A stretch of DNA of 63,833 nt, filler included, from Octopus bimaculoides (taxonomy: Eukaryota): the NCBI RefSeq assembly GCF_001194135.2. It is 8 parts of 8 records of this genome, joined end to end, with 100 filler letters (N's around TTAATTAATTAA, not from the genome) between each part and the next. Parts side by side here need not be neighbours in the genome. Positions count along the whole stretch, not along the records: positions 12,854 to 24,200 come from NC_068986.1; positions 24,301 to 33,563 come from NC_068989.1; 6 more parts are not named here. One strand, 5' to 3'. Shown one piece after another: positions 13,453 through 26,589 of the stretch. The notes beneath the pieces were generated by a model. That model worked only from the letters and a program-made list of their open reading frames with translations. It did not search any database and was not told the origin of the DNA. The position numbers were made by a program, and so were the translations under genes. Position 1 is the stretch's first letter; each line of letters begins with the position of its first letter.

Positions 13453-14672
13453 GTTGTTGTTATTGCTGTCGTTTGACCATGCTGTGGTGGTGGATGTCAT
13501 AGAATTCATGAGTATGATATAGGTGAAGGGGGATTGAGTGGCGGTGGTACAGAAGGTTTGTGTGGTAATGTGACAGAAATAATAATGTATCTTTGTGTCT
13601 GAGTTCGTCATCCTCGTCGTCGTCGTGGCCGTGGTGGTGACGGTTCTGGTGGTGGTGGTGGTGGTGGTGGTGGTGGTGGTGACTGTGGTGTTGGTGGGCG
13701 TGTTAGCCCCAGTCGTAGCAGGGCGTGGTGTTGGCAGGTATGGTATAGATACCTGCTGTTTTCGAGTAGACATACGATCAAAAGCGTTCCAGCCATAATC
13801 ATCACGTGTTATTTTTATTCGTATATGCATCCACGATCACAAAATCCAGGGGATCCTTTTCTAAAGCGGTAATGTATGATTTAGGGGGATATTTTGCACC
13901 TATGTCTAACAACTGGAATGACTAGATAGAGGTATTTCCGGTCAATGTTAGTTGTGAAAGTTGTGAAAATGTTATTATTAGCAGTGGTAAGTTTGGACAG
14001 GCAACAAGATATGGCTGCACTAGAAAATGAAGCTGTAGTGGTGGTGGTGGTGGTGATTGTGGCGGCGGTGGTTGCTGTGATGATGGTAAACGACATAGGA
14101 ATTCTTGTGATGTTCAAGAACAGAGCAGTACTATAGCTACTACAGGAGGATAACCATGTTAGGGATGATACAGCTTGTGCTAATATACATAAGACTGTAG
14201 TATTGAGGGAAATGTACTAGTTGTGGTAGTCATAGTCATGATGATAGAGGTGTTGTTTGAGGATATGAATTTCTAAGTGATGTAGCCTCATTGCTGTTAG
14301 CCGTAATGGTGGACGATATAATTGTGGCCATGATAGTCAGAGATGAGTCCGGAAATGATGGCAGCAGCAAGGGAATAAGTGTAATGAATTCCTTAGAAAG
14401 TGCAATTATAAATACATAAAAAAATGTAATGAAGCAAACTAATAATTCTTTTAAACTTACATTGGCTTCATCAAGAAGTGATTTAAAATAAGATTCAACC
14501 GGCATATACATGCATTTAGAAATCATCATAGTAAAAGTACAACGGACAAGTACAATGTACACTAGTAAATGAGCAAGTGTGTTTAACTATAGCAGCAGAC
14601 AGACTATTATCACGTGAGTGAATTTTGTAAGCGGAAACTGTATGGAAACCAGTCGTGGGTATACGCGTACGT

Positions 14673-14713
<41 letters not shown>

Positions 14714-14721
14714 AATAATTG

Positions 14722-14770
<49 letters not shown>

Positions 14771-15013
14771 CTGTGTGTGTGTGTGTGTGTGTGTGTATGC
14801 GTGTATGCTTTATGCATATCTATATATGTATGTTTTTTTCTTTTTGTCTGATCCCACGGCTGCTTGAGAAGTACTGTTGGTTTTTTTACGCTCCCATAAC
14901 ATTACATTTCGGTAAGAGGGGTTGACAGAGTAGGTACAAGACTTTAAAAGTTGAGCACTCGCGCTGATTATTCGACTTAATCATTCAAGCATGGCTACAG
15001 AGGTCTTACATAC

Positions 15014-15120
<107 letters not shown>

Positions 15121-15919
15121 CCTCTCTACCAACAATTTCAAATTCAGGAACCCCAATAATTGTCTCTTAACCATCAATTGCTTATTTAAAAACATTGTAT
15201 TGCAATGCTACACACAAACTAATCATTTTCCTAACTTACATTGACTTCAAGTGGATCTAGTTGAAATTACGACCCACCCAACATACAAAATGCATTCAGA
15301 AACAAACATTGAATTGAAAAATACCAGTTTTTCCTGGTGTATGTGTGATGTGAGGAAGGAAAATGGATTGTGAAACATAACATTTCCTGAACAGAAAAAC
15401 ATATTGTAGGAATAGGAAAGTCTGAAGATGACAGAATCTAAAGATTATTGTTGCTAACCGACATGCAGAGAGTATCACCCCTTAACGACACAAGGTATAA
15501 CAAAATTTTAAGTAGTTTAAACCAGACACTCGTACACAACCACTCCCTGTTTATAGCGTTATTTTCCCTCTATCTTAATCTACAAATCTCCATCTATCTA
15601 GCATTAACGTTTGTATTAGTATCCACTGATTTACTTATCGTTCAAAGTTGTCTTTAAACGCATATATAACCGCTTCCAATGTATTAGAATATGTTCAAAT
15701 TCCTTAATTTTCATCATCATTCCTCATAAAAGCTTATTAACAGCTAGCATTGCCATTCATAATGTATATATTATCATAAATTCTATGTTGTGATATTTTA
15801 TTATATATTCATAAATTATATGTCAAACTATCTTAAATATAGTTTACACATATATCTATAAAGGCGCATGTATTTTCATGTACATACATGCATACATAAA
15901 CACACGTATACATGAATAC

Positions 15920-15958
<39 letters not shown>

Positions 15959-16597
15959 NNNNNNNNNNNNNNNNNNNNNNNNNNNNNNNNNNNNNNNNNN
16001 NNNNNNNNNNNNNNNNNNNNNNNNNNNNNNNNNNNNNNNNNNNNNNNNNNNNNNNNNNNNNNNNNNNNNNNNNNNNNNNNNNNNNNNNNNNNNNNNNNNN
16101 NNNNNNNNNNNNNNNNNNNNNNNNNNNNNNNNNNNNNNNNNNNNATATATACGTAACTCTAATTTCCGCTTTTTTTTTTTTGTTCTGTTTTCTTTTTCTT
16201 TCTCCGGTTTTTCGACCTTCTCTCTTTTACATCTACACCCTTCTCACCTTTTCTGGATTTTTTTTTCTCTCATCCGGTTGTCCTGTATTCGCTTGTTACG
16301 CTATATAGTCACAGCCTGAGGATTGCGCGAAGGCACCGGGCGTGTTAAAAAATGTTCTCTGAGATATTTTCATCACACGAAACTATAAGTAGTTCATAAA
16401 AATATATATTGTGTTTATTAAATAATATTCTGTGTAAGAGAGTATGCGAGTGTAACTGTGCACGTGTGTGTGTGTGTGTGTGTGTACATATATATACACA
16501 GTCATATATCCATACGTTCTATATGTGTGTGCGCTAGACGAGATTGTGTGAATCTTATGAATGCTAGTCGGTAAGCTTGTTTTAGCATTCCTTAATC

Positions 16598-17125
16598 ACC
16601 TTAAAAGTGAATGTTCTGTTAGAACAAATTTTATTGCGGAAGATTCCATGAGAGAAACTCATATTGGCTTTTAGTGCATAGTTCAGGCTTATTTATATCG
16701 CAAGCGGAGAGATAAATTCCTGCCATCTCCAGCGCTGAGACCTCAGATCACTTGATTTCTACCTTCCTTGGTCTTGTCAATGGTGGTCACTTGAACACTA
16801 GAGATAGCAGTGATTCACCTGCCCGCCAATAATATAAAGAAAATCAGTATCAGAGCAGGCACCGCAACTGCGATTAGTCAGGGGCCTTGTTAAAAAAAAC
16901 TATATATATTATCGTCAGAGGCAGTATTAAAACTGAGTGGCAATATTTATATTCACTTAAACGTGGATGTTCTGTTAGAATAACATTTACTGCGGTAGAC
17001 ACATTTAGAGAAACTCTCATATTGGCTTTTGGTGCAAAATACATACTTGTTTATATTGCTAGCGGGGATATAAATCTCCGCCATTTCCAGCACCGAGGCC
17101 ACCAGAACCTCCCTTGGTCTCATCA
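16598..17125 (+). repeat. Two tandem copies (16598-16775, 16955-17125) of an unclassified ~180-bp interspersed repeat; third copy at 6155-6345
   Basis: Shared gatgttct(g/a)tta.aa.aa..ttta.tgcgg.aga..cca..agaga.a...tcatat.ggctttt..tgca.a...cttgtttatat....a.cgg.gagataaat... Confidence 0.75.
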
Positions 17126-17909
17126 ATGCTGGATGGTCTGTGACTCAGGCGTGACTCACATGTTGACTCTTAGTTTCATTGATGCTTTTTTTTTATGTTT
17201 TAATTGCCGCCGTAGACGTCGTTGCAGTTATACCAGTTAACGCTTAATCAAGCTGTAGTTTTATCAACCTCCTTGTGTTGTTTTTTATTTTATTATTTTA
17301 ACAGATATAGTGTGTAGGACTACATAAACTACGCAGGCTTTCTTTTTTTAACTATAGGGTGTATATTGGATAGATATTTCGCTGCTACTTCTTGCAATTG
17401 GAGGCTCTCCTTTGAGGCTATCCTTATTGATTCGTGCCTCTATATAAATAAATGTGTGTTTGTGTGGACGTGTGTAATGTGTGCCTGCGTGTATGCGTGC
17501 CTTTCAATGCGTTGCCTCCAAATCTTATTCAACAAGCTAAGTTAAATATGCTTCAAGTATATTAATAATTAATATGTGATAAATATTTATTGCTTTCACC
17601 TACTAAAATGTTTACTTATAACCGAATAAGACACTAAATTCCCTGCTGACACAAAAATGCAGGAATTTTATATGCAAACGGACAATAGAGCCTTTGCGCT
17701 TCTGATCGACCTATTACAAATAGCAGTCGAATCTCTCTTTAAAATTATCCTAGCGTCTTATAAATAAGCGGACGCAATTTTACGTATGCTGTCTGAAATA
17801 AAGACGGAGTAATCATAGCTTGAAGGCTTATAATCATTCAGAGATTAGACCTATGGAGCAATATACAGTAATGCATGTGAAAGTATTAATGTTGTCTCTA
17901 TCTTTTATC

Positions 17910-18250
17910 TTTTACGTGCTTAAGTCAGCAGACTGCAACCATGTTGAGATACCGCTTTGAGGAATATTTAGTTGAATGAATTGACCCCCAGGCTTACATT
18001 TTTTAAAGCCTGGTACTTATTCTATCGGTTCTTTGGCCGAACCGCTAAGTTACGGGGATGTAAACACACCAACACTGGTTCTCAAGTGGTAGTGGGAGAC
18101 AAACACACAAACACACAAAGACACGCGTTTACATGACTATATATATATGTATATATATATATATATATATATACGACGGGCTTCTTTCAGTTTCCGTCAA
18201 CCAAACCCACTCGGCTCGGCCCGAGGCTATAGTTGAGGACACTTGCTCAT
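17910..18250 (-). mobile_element. Composite SINE (CORE-like segment + internal microsatellite + Nin-like 3' part), head truncated
   Basis: + strand reads ...tggtacttattctatcgg...gaaccgctaagttacgggg...(CA/TA)n...acgacgggcttctttcagtttccgtc...gaggctatagttgaggacacttgc, the same layout as the copies at 35128, 46650 and 63361. Confidence 0.85.
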
Positions 18251-20734
18251 CAACTATTTTTGGCTTGTTGTAGGTCTGTATACTTTACGATAGCATCTTA
18301 CATTCATGGGTTGAAGTCAGGATTTGTTTTACGCGGGAAAAACATGTCCAGTTTCTTGTGTCTCAGTTGATGTACAGAAAGCATTCCTGTAGCCCTGTCT
18401 GTGGGTCGTTTATTTGTATTGGCCAAAATAAAACAACAGCAATCTTGTTGAATATCTAAGATGTAAAAATTGACACTGAAGTTCTTCTAAACCCATGTTA
18501 AACGGTTTAACTCTTGCTGTCAGACACGATATCCATTCAAGCAACAGAAAACAAAATTTGTGAAACACCAAAGAACAAACCTCATTCGTACAAATGCACA
18601 TGGATACATAATTACATGAATATACATTTTATTTCATAAACCGAAAGATATTTTAAAATGTTTTACAACAAACACTTTCAAACATAAACCCTCACACGTA
18701 TTCATATAATCACCAATATGTAAAACAAACACATACAAACACTCACTCACAATTATGAATATACATACATATATATTTACCTATACATATATAATTGTGT
18801 GTGTGTGTGTGCGTGCGAGTGTGTGTCTGTGTGTGTGTGTGTGTGAGTGTGAGTGTGCGTCTGTGTGTAGACATATACACCCTGGTATACAAAAGCGAGT
18901 AGAGAAAATCATTCAATATTATTCTCATATTAATGTGGACATACTCATACATAATTACCCTTAATTATCTGCATATTAAAATAAAAGCATATATTGCTTT
19001 ATATTATTAATGTGTACAAACGCATATTCATGCACACATATGAGTTCTGCAATAGGCAAAAAAATGGCCAAAGTGAAGAAAAACCGCACATAAGCAAGTA
19101 TTTATTACAGTTGCATATACATAAGCATAAACAGATGCACATAGACGTAAGGTACATACATACGCACAATGACAAAAAATCATACATACGTATACATACA
19201 TGTGTGTGTGTAGCTGAAACGATACACATGTACAAATACAAATCATTCACATGTATCCATGGACAAAGACCGAATTCTCACATACATGCATACACAGAGC
19301 ACCACATATATACACTGGAACGAACTTAAGGAAATTACATCAGAAAGGCATACGCCATTTGAATGACAGATGCAACACAAAAAATATATATAAAATACGA
19401 AACAAGATTAAACAAGAATCGACAACTTTAAACAGAAAACAGATACATTGATTGCCACTGTTAAAAAAAAAAAGGCCATCCAACGGATTTTGATATATTG
19501 CCAGAACCGCTGATTGCTGGGTGTTTTGGCTTTCCTGTTGTGTTCTAGACATGTCATCTATAAGTAAAACTATATACCAAACTAGCAATGCTATTTCGCC
19601 TACCCAATCCAACTCTTTCAAACCTGTCAATTGTTTCACTTCGTTTTGATGATCGGGGTTCAAATACAGGCCAAAACAACGTCGATAAAGGCCACAGAGG
19701 TTAATATCTTCAGTTTGTGTAATATAGAGGAAAATTACTTTATAGTAGAGATGGAGTGACCACGCTCTCAAATCCTAAGATGGTGCTGCGTTTGTATGTC
19801 TGTATGCGTATGTTTAACCGTATATATGTATGTATATCTATATACAAACATATAGCTATATATTTACACGTGTAGATGAATCAGTAGGTCGACGACAAAA
19901 TACATTGGGTTAGCTAATTACGATCTTTTAGGATTTAGGTTCAAATTTAGCAAGCATTTTTTCAAGCTACTCCACCGACTTGTCTTATCGACCGTAACAA
20001 CAACAACAATAATAATAATGATGATAATAATAATAATAATAATAATAACTTCTTACATATACACACAAGATATGAAATTTGAAGAACGGATCCCTAGCTA
20101 TATCGCCTCCATTCTTTCACTGGTACTTTATGTAATCGAAACTGAATGATAAATGTAAACGATGTAACACAGAAAACGAATTAAAATATATAACATTGAA
20201 TTAAATAGGAAAATATATAAAGACATATATTTCCCACAAAGATACATGCTCGNNNNNNNNNNNNNNNNNNNNNNNNNNNNNNNNNNNNNNNNNNNNNNNN
20301 NNNNNNNNNNNNNNNNNNNNNNNNNNNNNNNNNNNNNNNNNNNNNNNNNNNNNNNNNNNNNNNNNNNNNNNNNNNNNNNNNNNNNNNNNNNNNNNNNNNN
20401 NNNNNNNNNNNNNNNNNNNNNNNNNNNNNNNNNNNNNNNNNNNNNNNNNNNNNNNNNNNNNNNNNNNNNNNNNNNNNNNNNNNNNNNNNNNNNNNNNNNN
20501 NNNNNNNNNNNNNNNNNNNNNNNNNNNNNNNNNNNNNNNNNNNNNNNNNNNNNNNNNNNNNNNNNNNNNNNNNNNNNNNNNNNNNNNNNNNNNNNNNNNN
20601 NNNNNNNNNNNNNNNNNNNNNNNNNNNNNNNNNNNNNNNNNNNNNNNNNNNNNNNNNNNNNNNNNNNNNNNNNNNNNNNNNNNNNNNNNNNNNNNNNNNN
20701 NNNNNNNNNNNNNNNNNNNNNNNNNNNNNNNNNN

Positions 20735-21055
20735 CGTTGTGAGTGTTTATTGAACGAAAACACCTAAAGCTCCATGAGGCTCCGGCAGCGGATGGTGGCG
20801 AACCCTGCTGTACCTTTTCACTACAACTTTCTTTCACTCTTACTTCCTGTTTCTGTTGTGCCTGTAATTCAAAGGGTCAGCCTTGTCACACTGTGTCACG
20901 CTGAATATCCCCGAGAACTATATTAAGGGTACACGTGTCTGTGGAGTGCTCAACCACTTGCACGTTAATTTCACGAGTAGGCTGTTCCATTGATCGGATC
21001 AAATGGAACCCTCGACGTCGTAAGAGGAATCCTCGACGACGTAGTGCCAACAACA
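20735..21055 (+). mobile_element. SINE family C (body ...gtcacgctgaatatccccgagaacta...tgtctgtggagtgctca...), head lost in a gap
   Basis: Nearly identical to 54021-54304; tail gtgccaacaaca; small internal duplication ggaaccctcgacgtcgt/ggaatcctcgacgacgt. Confidence 0.85.
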
Positions 21056-21279
21056 TCGGCCTGCTTCTTCCTATCATTTCATCGTGTGAAACCATCAAAC
21101 CCGACACATTTTTTTCTCTCTGGGTTTTCGCCCTCCATTTTTTCCTCTCAGCTTTTTCTTTCGAAATTCGTAGTCTCGAAACGTCAGACTTTTCTATTTT
21201 TTCCCAGTATCAAAATAGTATACCTGCTTGTTCCCTCACCTGACGTCGTTTTGGGTTTGCCTACGATAACGACGAGCCT

Positions 21280-21470
21280 CCTCGTGAAATAAACGTGCAA
21301 GTGACTGAGCACTCCACAGACACGTGTACACTTAACGTAGTTCTCAGGGAGATTCAGCATGACACAAAATGTGACAACGCTGAACCTTTGACATATAGGT
21401 ACTACTCATTTTTGCCAAGTGAGGAGATTGGAACAATGTGAAATGAAGTATCTTGCTCAAAGACACAATG
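21280..21470 (-). mobile_element. SINE family C variant with a CORE-like 5' part, inverted relative to 20735-21055
   Basis: Reverse complement of 21280-21390 matches 20869-20977; continues into ...atgtgaaatgaagtatcttgctcaaagacacaa. Confidence 0.8.
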
Positions 21471-21639
21471 TGCCGTCGGTGTGTATGTGTGTGTGGAAAA
21501 TTATCCAAGATTCGATTTGTGAGTGGCTAAGTTTATACAAGAAATTTGTATATGTTGTCTCATATGCAGTGATGTGCTGTAGAGACATTGAAGAACTCCA
21601 GCCACTCCCCAGGTACCTGGGAGGATGAGGTCCTGCGGT

Positions 21640-21890
21640 GCCATAAATGGCACTGATCGCTGAAGCTCGTAATTCCAGTCGTTGAAAAACAATGGACAGA
21701 ATACAAAATGTGTGAGAAGAGACATCACTTTTCACTTCTCCGTTGCGTCATCACTGTCATCATTGCAGCAGATCAAGAGCAAGCCTTGTTACCCACATGC
21801 GTCCTGCGTGAGATGATTTCTGAACAAGAACATTCAGCGTCCACATTTGACGAATAGCCGAACAATAAGCTGTCTCGTAATGGAAAAGGT
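21640..21890 (+). mobile_element. Possible heavily decayed RTE-type LINE endonuclease/linker fragment
   Basis: GC-richer, coding-like segment; MRSCGAINGTDR and ...EQEHSASTFDE weakly echo the RTE motifs RAMxGADCWTDHRL and KHQDWFDE. Requires frameshifts. Confidence 0.25.
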
Positions 21891-23645
21891 GTAATCTGAC
21901 AGGTACCTTTCAATCTTATTTACTATCATAGATTATTTCACTTCAATGTCTTTCAAATATTTTGAGATGTCGTGATATTTCTTCTCTTTTCAACATTGAT
22001 GTTATGTCTATCTAGTTTCTAGAATCTTCTCTAACAATAATTTAAACGAAGGATATTGAATGTTTTATTGTAAAGCTTCGCACTTTGCCGTTTCCAACTA
22101 AGTTACTGTCCCGTCCTAATTAAACAATGAATTAAATATTTGAGGGTTTTGTTTATTATATGTCAGTTTGGAATATTGGACCGATATTCCACAATCCTCA
22201 TGTGTAAGAAAACTTGGCCACAATTCCTGAAAAACATCCAGAATGTCGGAATTTATTAATCAATGTTGGCATTTTCTGGCTTTGAGGTAACAGTGAGAAG
22301 TGGTCAAAGAGGAAGTTCTAGACCTCTATTAGACGAGTTATTAATGCTAATGAACACACATCTAGTAACAAGAAACTCCATGAAATCTGAGCAACCATAT
22401 TGTAGATTTTTATTTATTTTATTTTATTTTATTTTACTTTTCTTCTATTTATCATCTGTCTTCTTCCGATCCATTGTCATTGACGTTACGGAAATAATGC
22501 TACATTTTCAGGATATACAAGCATTTAATGACATATTCCATTACGCCTCCACACGAACCAAATTCTTCAAATCTCATAACGTGAGCCACTCAAGAAGCGA
22601 CTTGTTAGAAATAGTAGCCAAATCTTTTTCAAACAAAGCCCTACTGCTCCAAAAAGAGGAAAAAACACTTTAAAACAACAAAGAATAAGAAAGATTTAGA
22701 TATATTGTGTCTCACAGAAAATGAAGTAACAGATAGAATCGTCAAGAGAAAACATTTAGACTTTTCATATCCAATTAAATAGCGTCAACATTTCATTGTC
22801 ACTTTATTTTGTCGGTCTCAGGAAGATAAAAGACAGTCGGCCGGCCCCATAGGTTTTTTTTTTTTTTTATTAACAAGAATACAAATTGACATAGTTAAGT
22901 ACTGCAACTAAATTCATAAAAACAATCTTTTTAATTTGTTTATTTTTATATAAGTTGTTTTCGTAATATTGGCTTATCAAATATTGGCTTATCAAATGAT
23001 ACAATCACAACAACAACACCAACAACACACTTCTATGAATAACGATTTTCTAGGTTAGGCCAAGACCAAGGTTTTCTTTCTGTTGGACAGCAGCAGACAT
23101 TTTAAAGTCGACACCAGCATCTGCATATTTATAAACTATGCAAGATACTTGGGAATAGCCCTTAGTAAATCTGGAGTAATTTAAAAGGTAACTCGGTTTC
23201 CCTTGTACTTGGGATTCGCTGTGATTTGCTTAGATTATGCTGGACCGTGGAAAGGCAAAGCAAGTGCCGGACAAAATGATTTGCAGTGATTAGTTAAGTC
23301 CCTTTATATTCTGATTTCAAATCCCGCCACGTGTCGATAAAGCTATGTTTCATCCTTCAAAAGAAGAAGAAATAAGAATCAATTAACACTAGGTGGATTT
23401 GACTTCTCTAAAATATATTTTCACCAGCCCCAATTTATGGCCGCCTACTTCCCCCGTTTGTACTCTCATGGATTATTAAGTAGGTATTCGAAAATTTTTC
23501 TAGGGACACAGTGGGGAACGCAGATTTTTCTGATTTTCAAAATTTAACTGAGATAGGAGGACATGAACTATGTCGCAATTGCCTTACTTCTTACAGGAGT
23601 TCGACAATTCTCCTGTATTGAGAAATTAGTATCTGTTTAGAATAC

Positions 23646-23825
23646 AATTTGATTGGTGGAGGCTGATCACGTGTTTAGACATAAAAATTTGATTGGTGGA
23701 GGCTGATCACGTGATTGGACATGAACATTTTAGTATGTTCCCAGCAACGTTAGTGCTTCAATATCCGGTCATAATAGTTTTGCGCCGGAAGTTAAGGCTG
23801 GCACGATTGAGTGAAGGTACCTAGT
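23646..23825 (+). promoter_or_regulatory. Candidate Pol II promoter: duplicated CCAAT + E-box module followed by an ETS site
   Basis: 40-bp tandem unit (23646, 23686), each with ATTGG and CACGTG; third ATTGG at 23714; CCGGAAGT at 23785-23792. Motif-only evidence. Confidence 0.35.
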
Positions 23826-24039
23826 CGTGAGAGTGCCAAATAATTAAGGCTCTCTCAATTTTTGAATTGTGTGTATGTAGCCATTAAATTTTGTTAAAAC
23901 TCCTTTATTGTCCATGGGCTAGCGTTTGCTTGGCTTGTTGGTGTTATTTCAGTCGTGGTTTATATTTTTATGTAAATATATTTGTGTTTGAATCATTCTA
24001 TTGTTTGAATAAAGGTAAAGTGAGAAGACTTGTAATTTT

Positions 24040-24114
<75 letters not shown>

Positions 24115-24300
24115 AGTAAAAATAAATACAAAAAAGGTGGGTTTTTTGTATGATTGTGTATAGAGGAATATATTATTTTGTTTAAAAGAGTTCCAACACT
24201 NNNNNNNNNNNNNNNNNNNNNNNNNNNNNNNNNNNNNNNNNNNNTTAATTAATTAANNNNNNNNNNNNNNNNNNNNNNNNNNNNNNNNNNNNNNNNNNNN

Positions 24301-24374
<74 letters not shown>

Positions 24375-24605
24375 CCTCGCGCGTGAATATTTATAGTGAG
24401 AGAGGCATTAAATGACAATGTAAAAGAGACTTTAATGTAAATATGGCACATATAAAGCATGGTTGGTAGATAGGTGTCTACATAGGTCGATGGTGTATTT
24501 AATTATACACACACACACACACACCTATATATACATATGAATATATAAATATGTGTACTAAATCTCTAAGAGAAAGAGAGAGGAGGACAGGGCGAAGATA
24601 TAAGC

Positions 24606-24656
<51 letters not shown>

Positions 24657-24665
24657 GAGATAGAG

Positions 24666-24699
<34 letters not shown>

Positions 24700-24919
24700 G
24701 TAGGTAGGTAGGTATCAATTAGCTGTAGACAAAGAATGAATGGCCAATCAGTACTGTGTGTGTATTATAATCTGTTTGTTAAGTATTCTGGCTGCGGGCT
24801 TTAAACAGTGGTGATCATAACTATGGCGAATGCCGTAGCTATGGAAGCACTGGCCGAGCTTGGAATCGTTAACGGTCTTTGGTAATAGTAGTAGAAACTT
24901 GAGCGGCGGCAGTAAAGGA

Positions 24920-24972
<53 letters not shown>

Positions 24973-25183
24973 GAGTCGAATTAGCAGTAGTTTTGGTAGC
25001 AGTAATTGTATCAGTTGCCATATTTCCTGCTTTCTTTTATTTGTATTAGTTTTAGCTGTAGTTAACAGCAGCTGTAGTAATTGTAGCAGTCATTTCCTGT
25101 GGTTTTAATGTTGTAGCTGCAGTAAAAAGTTGATGTAGTACTAGTTATGATTTCGGTATAGCAGCAGCAGTAGCAGCAGTAGC

Positions 25184-25249
<66 letters not shown>

Positions 25250-25366
25250 TAAAATATATTTTACTGCAGTGACAGAAGTACATCATTCAATAGCTAAAAG
25301 GACAGTAGTCGTACTTGTGTGGTAAATTATATTATTATTATTATTATTACTATTATTATTATTATT

Positions 25367-25950
25367 GTTCAGTAGTTTTATTTTTATAACGTGCTTTCAC
25401 TTCACTACCGAGCGCAGCTCTGTGCGCCTTGGGTATGTGCTGTGGTTTGCTGTGGTGCTTTTATGTTTACTGTATTGAAAGTGTTTTGCGTAGAATGTGT
25501 GCAGTACCCAGTAGTGCAATTTTCTGTATGTTACATATATTTGTAAGTCCTGGTATTTTTGTTATGTATTTGTCTGAGTATTTTTTAATTATACCTAAGG
25601 CACCTACTATGATAGGAATTGTTTCTGTTTTTAGACTCCACANNNNNNNNNNNNNNNNNNNNNNNNNNNNNNNNNNNAAAGTTTTTCCATTTCTTTTCGA
25701 GAAACGTTGTCATCTGCTGGTATTGATACATCAATTAGAAAGCATTTTTTTCCTTCATGATCTTTGACAACTATATCTGGTCTATTTGCCTTAATTTCTC
25801 TCTCTGTGTGTATTGGCATATCCCAGAGTATGGTTGCTTTCTCGTTTTCTGTGACCTTTTCTGGCGTGTGTTTATACCATCTTTTTTCTGTTGTTATTCC
25901 ATAGTGTTGGCATAGCTTCCAGTGTATATAGGTCCCAGCTCTGTCCCCCT
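25367..25950 (-). mobile_element. 5'-truncated R4/Dong-like non-LTR retrotransposon (restriction-like endonuclease region plus 3' UTR), copy 1
   Basis: Minus-strand translation DRAGTYIHWKLCQHYGI...ATILWDMPIHTEREIKANRPDIVVKDHEGKKCFLIDVSIPADDNVSRKEMEKL...ALLGTAHILRKTLSIQ* carries the PD..D endonuclease motif; both ends abut (ATT)n tracts. Confidence 0.85.
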
Positions 25951-25951
25951 C

Positions 25952-26003
<52 letters not shown>

Positions 26004-26589
26004 AATCCCCTATTGGGGTATTTCATTAATGTCTTTTATTTTGCTATTTGCTATTGTTTCTTAATTGCTTAGACGTTTTGTTTTTATATGTCCCCTCTAA
26101 CCTATGTTTTGTTTTTGTTTTTTGTAGTGTTCTAAACGCTACTGCTTTTTTTGTGGCTAATAAAGAATTATTATCATTATCGATTTTCAAATTGCGCCAA
26201 TGCTGACTTTGTCATTCGTCCATTTGCAGTCGATAAAATAAGTGCCAACCAAGCACTAGGGTTGATGGAATTGCCTAGACCCTTCCTGCAAAATTTCAGG
26301 ACTCGAGCCTATAGTAAAAAGTATTGTTGTTATTATTTTTCTTTAACGGGGCTGCAGTCCTGGTAAAATAGAGACCCAGGGGGAGCATTAGGTAAGTGGA
26401 ATGTCTCACCTCAGCCAATCGGACACTATGATAGGGGGAAGGTCCACTTTAGCTTCTTATTGAAGATTAATGGAGGAAAAGTGCGACGACGTTCTTGGGG
26501 AGATATTAGGCGTCGAAGAAGCCCCTCTTTTCTAGAGGTATTTCGGCCCGGGATCAATGGATGATCTCCAAAAATCTATTATTATTATT

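Noticed and set aside
13447-13830. 127-aa Thr-rich, mucin-like minus ORF
   Set aside because: Driven by (ACC)n repeats; an in-frame stop lies just upstream of the ATG, there is no signal peptide, and similar GGT-rich tracts recur non-codingly in the window.
15246-15375. KNTSFSWCMCD, resembling GM2A SFSWDNCD
   Set aside because: 42 kb and several spacers away from the ML exon, with no signal peptide; likely chance.
19340-19771. 143-aa minus ORF in unique-looking sequence
   Set aside because: No recognisable motif or convincing splice sites; the 3' half is low-complexity.
21750-21870. RTHVGNKAC / KCGR on the minus strand, like a C2H2 zinc-finger linker
   Set aside because: Needs multiple frameshifts and stops; a decayed LINE on the plus strand explains the segment at least as well.
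23646-23725. Short repeats with intervening sequence, superficially CRISPR-like
   Set aside because: Only two adjacent units, eukaryotic context, no cas genes.
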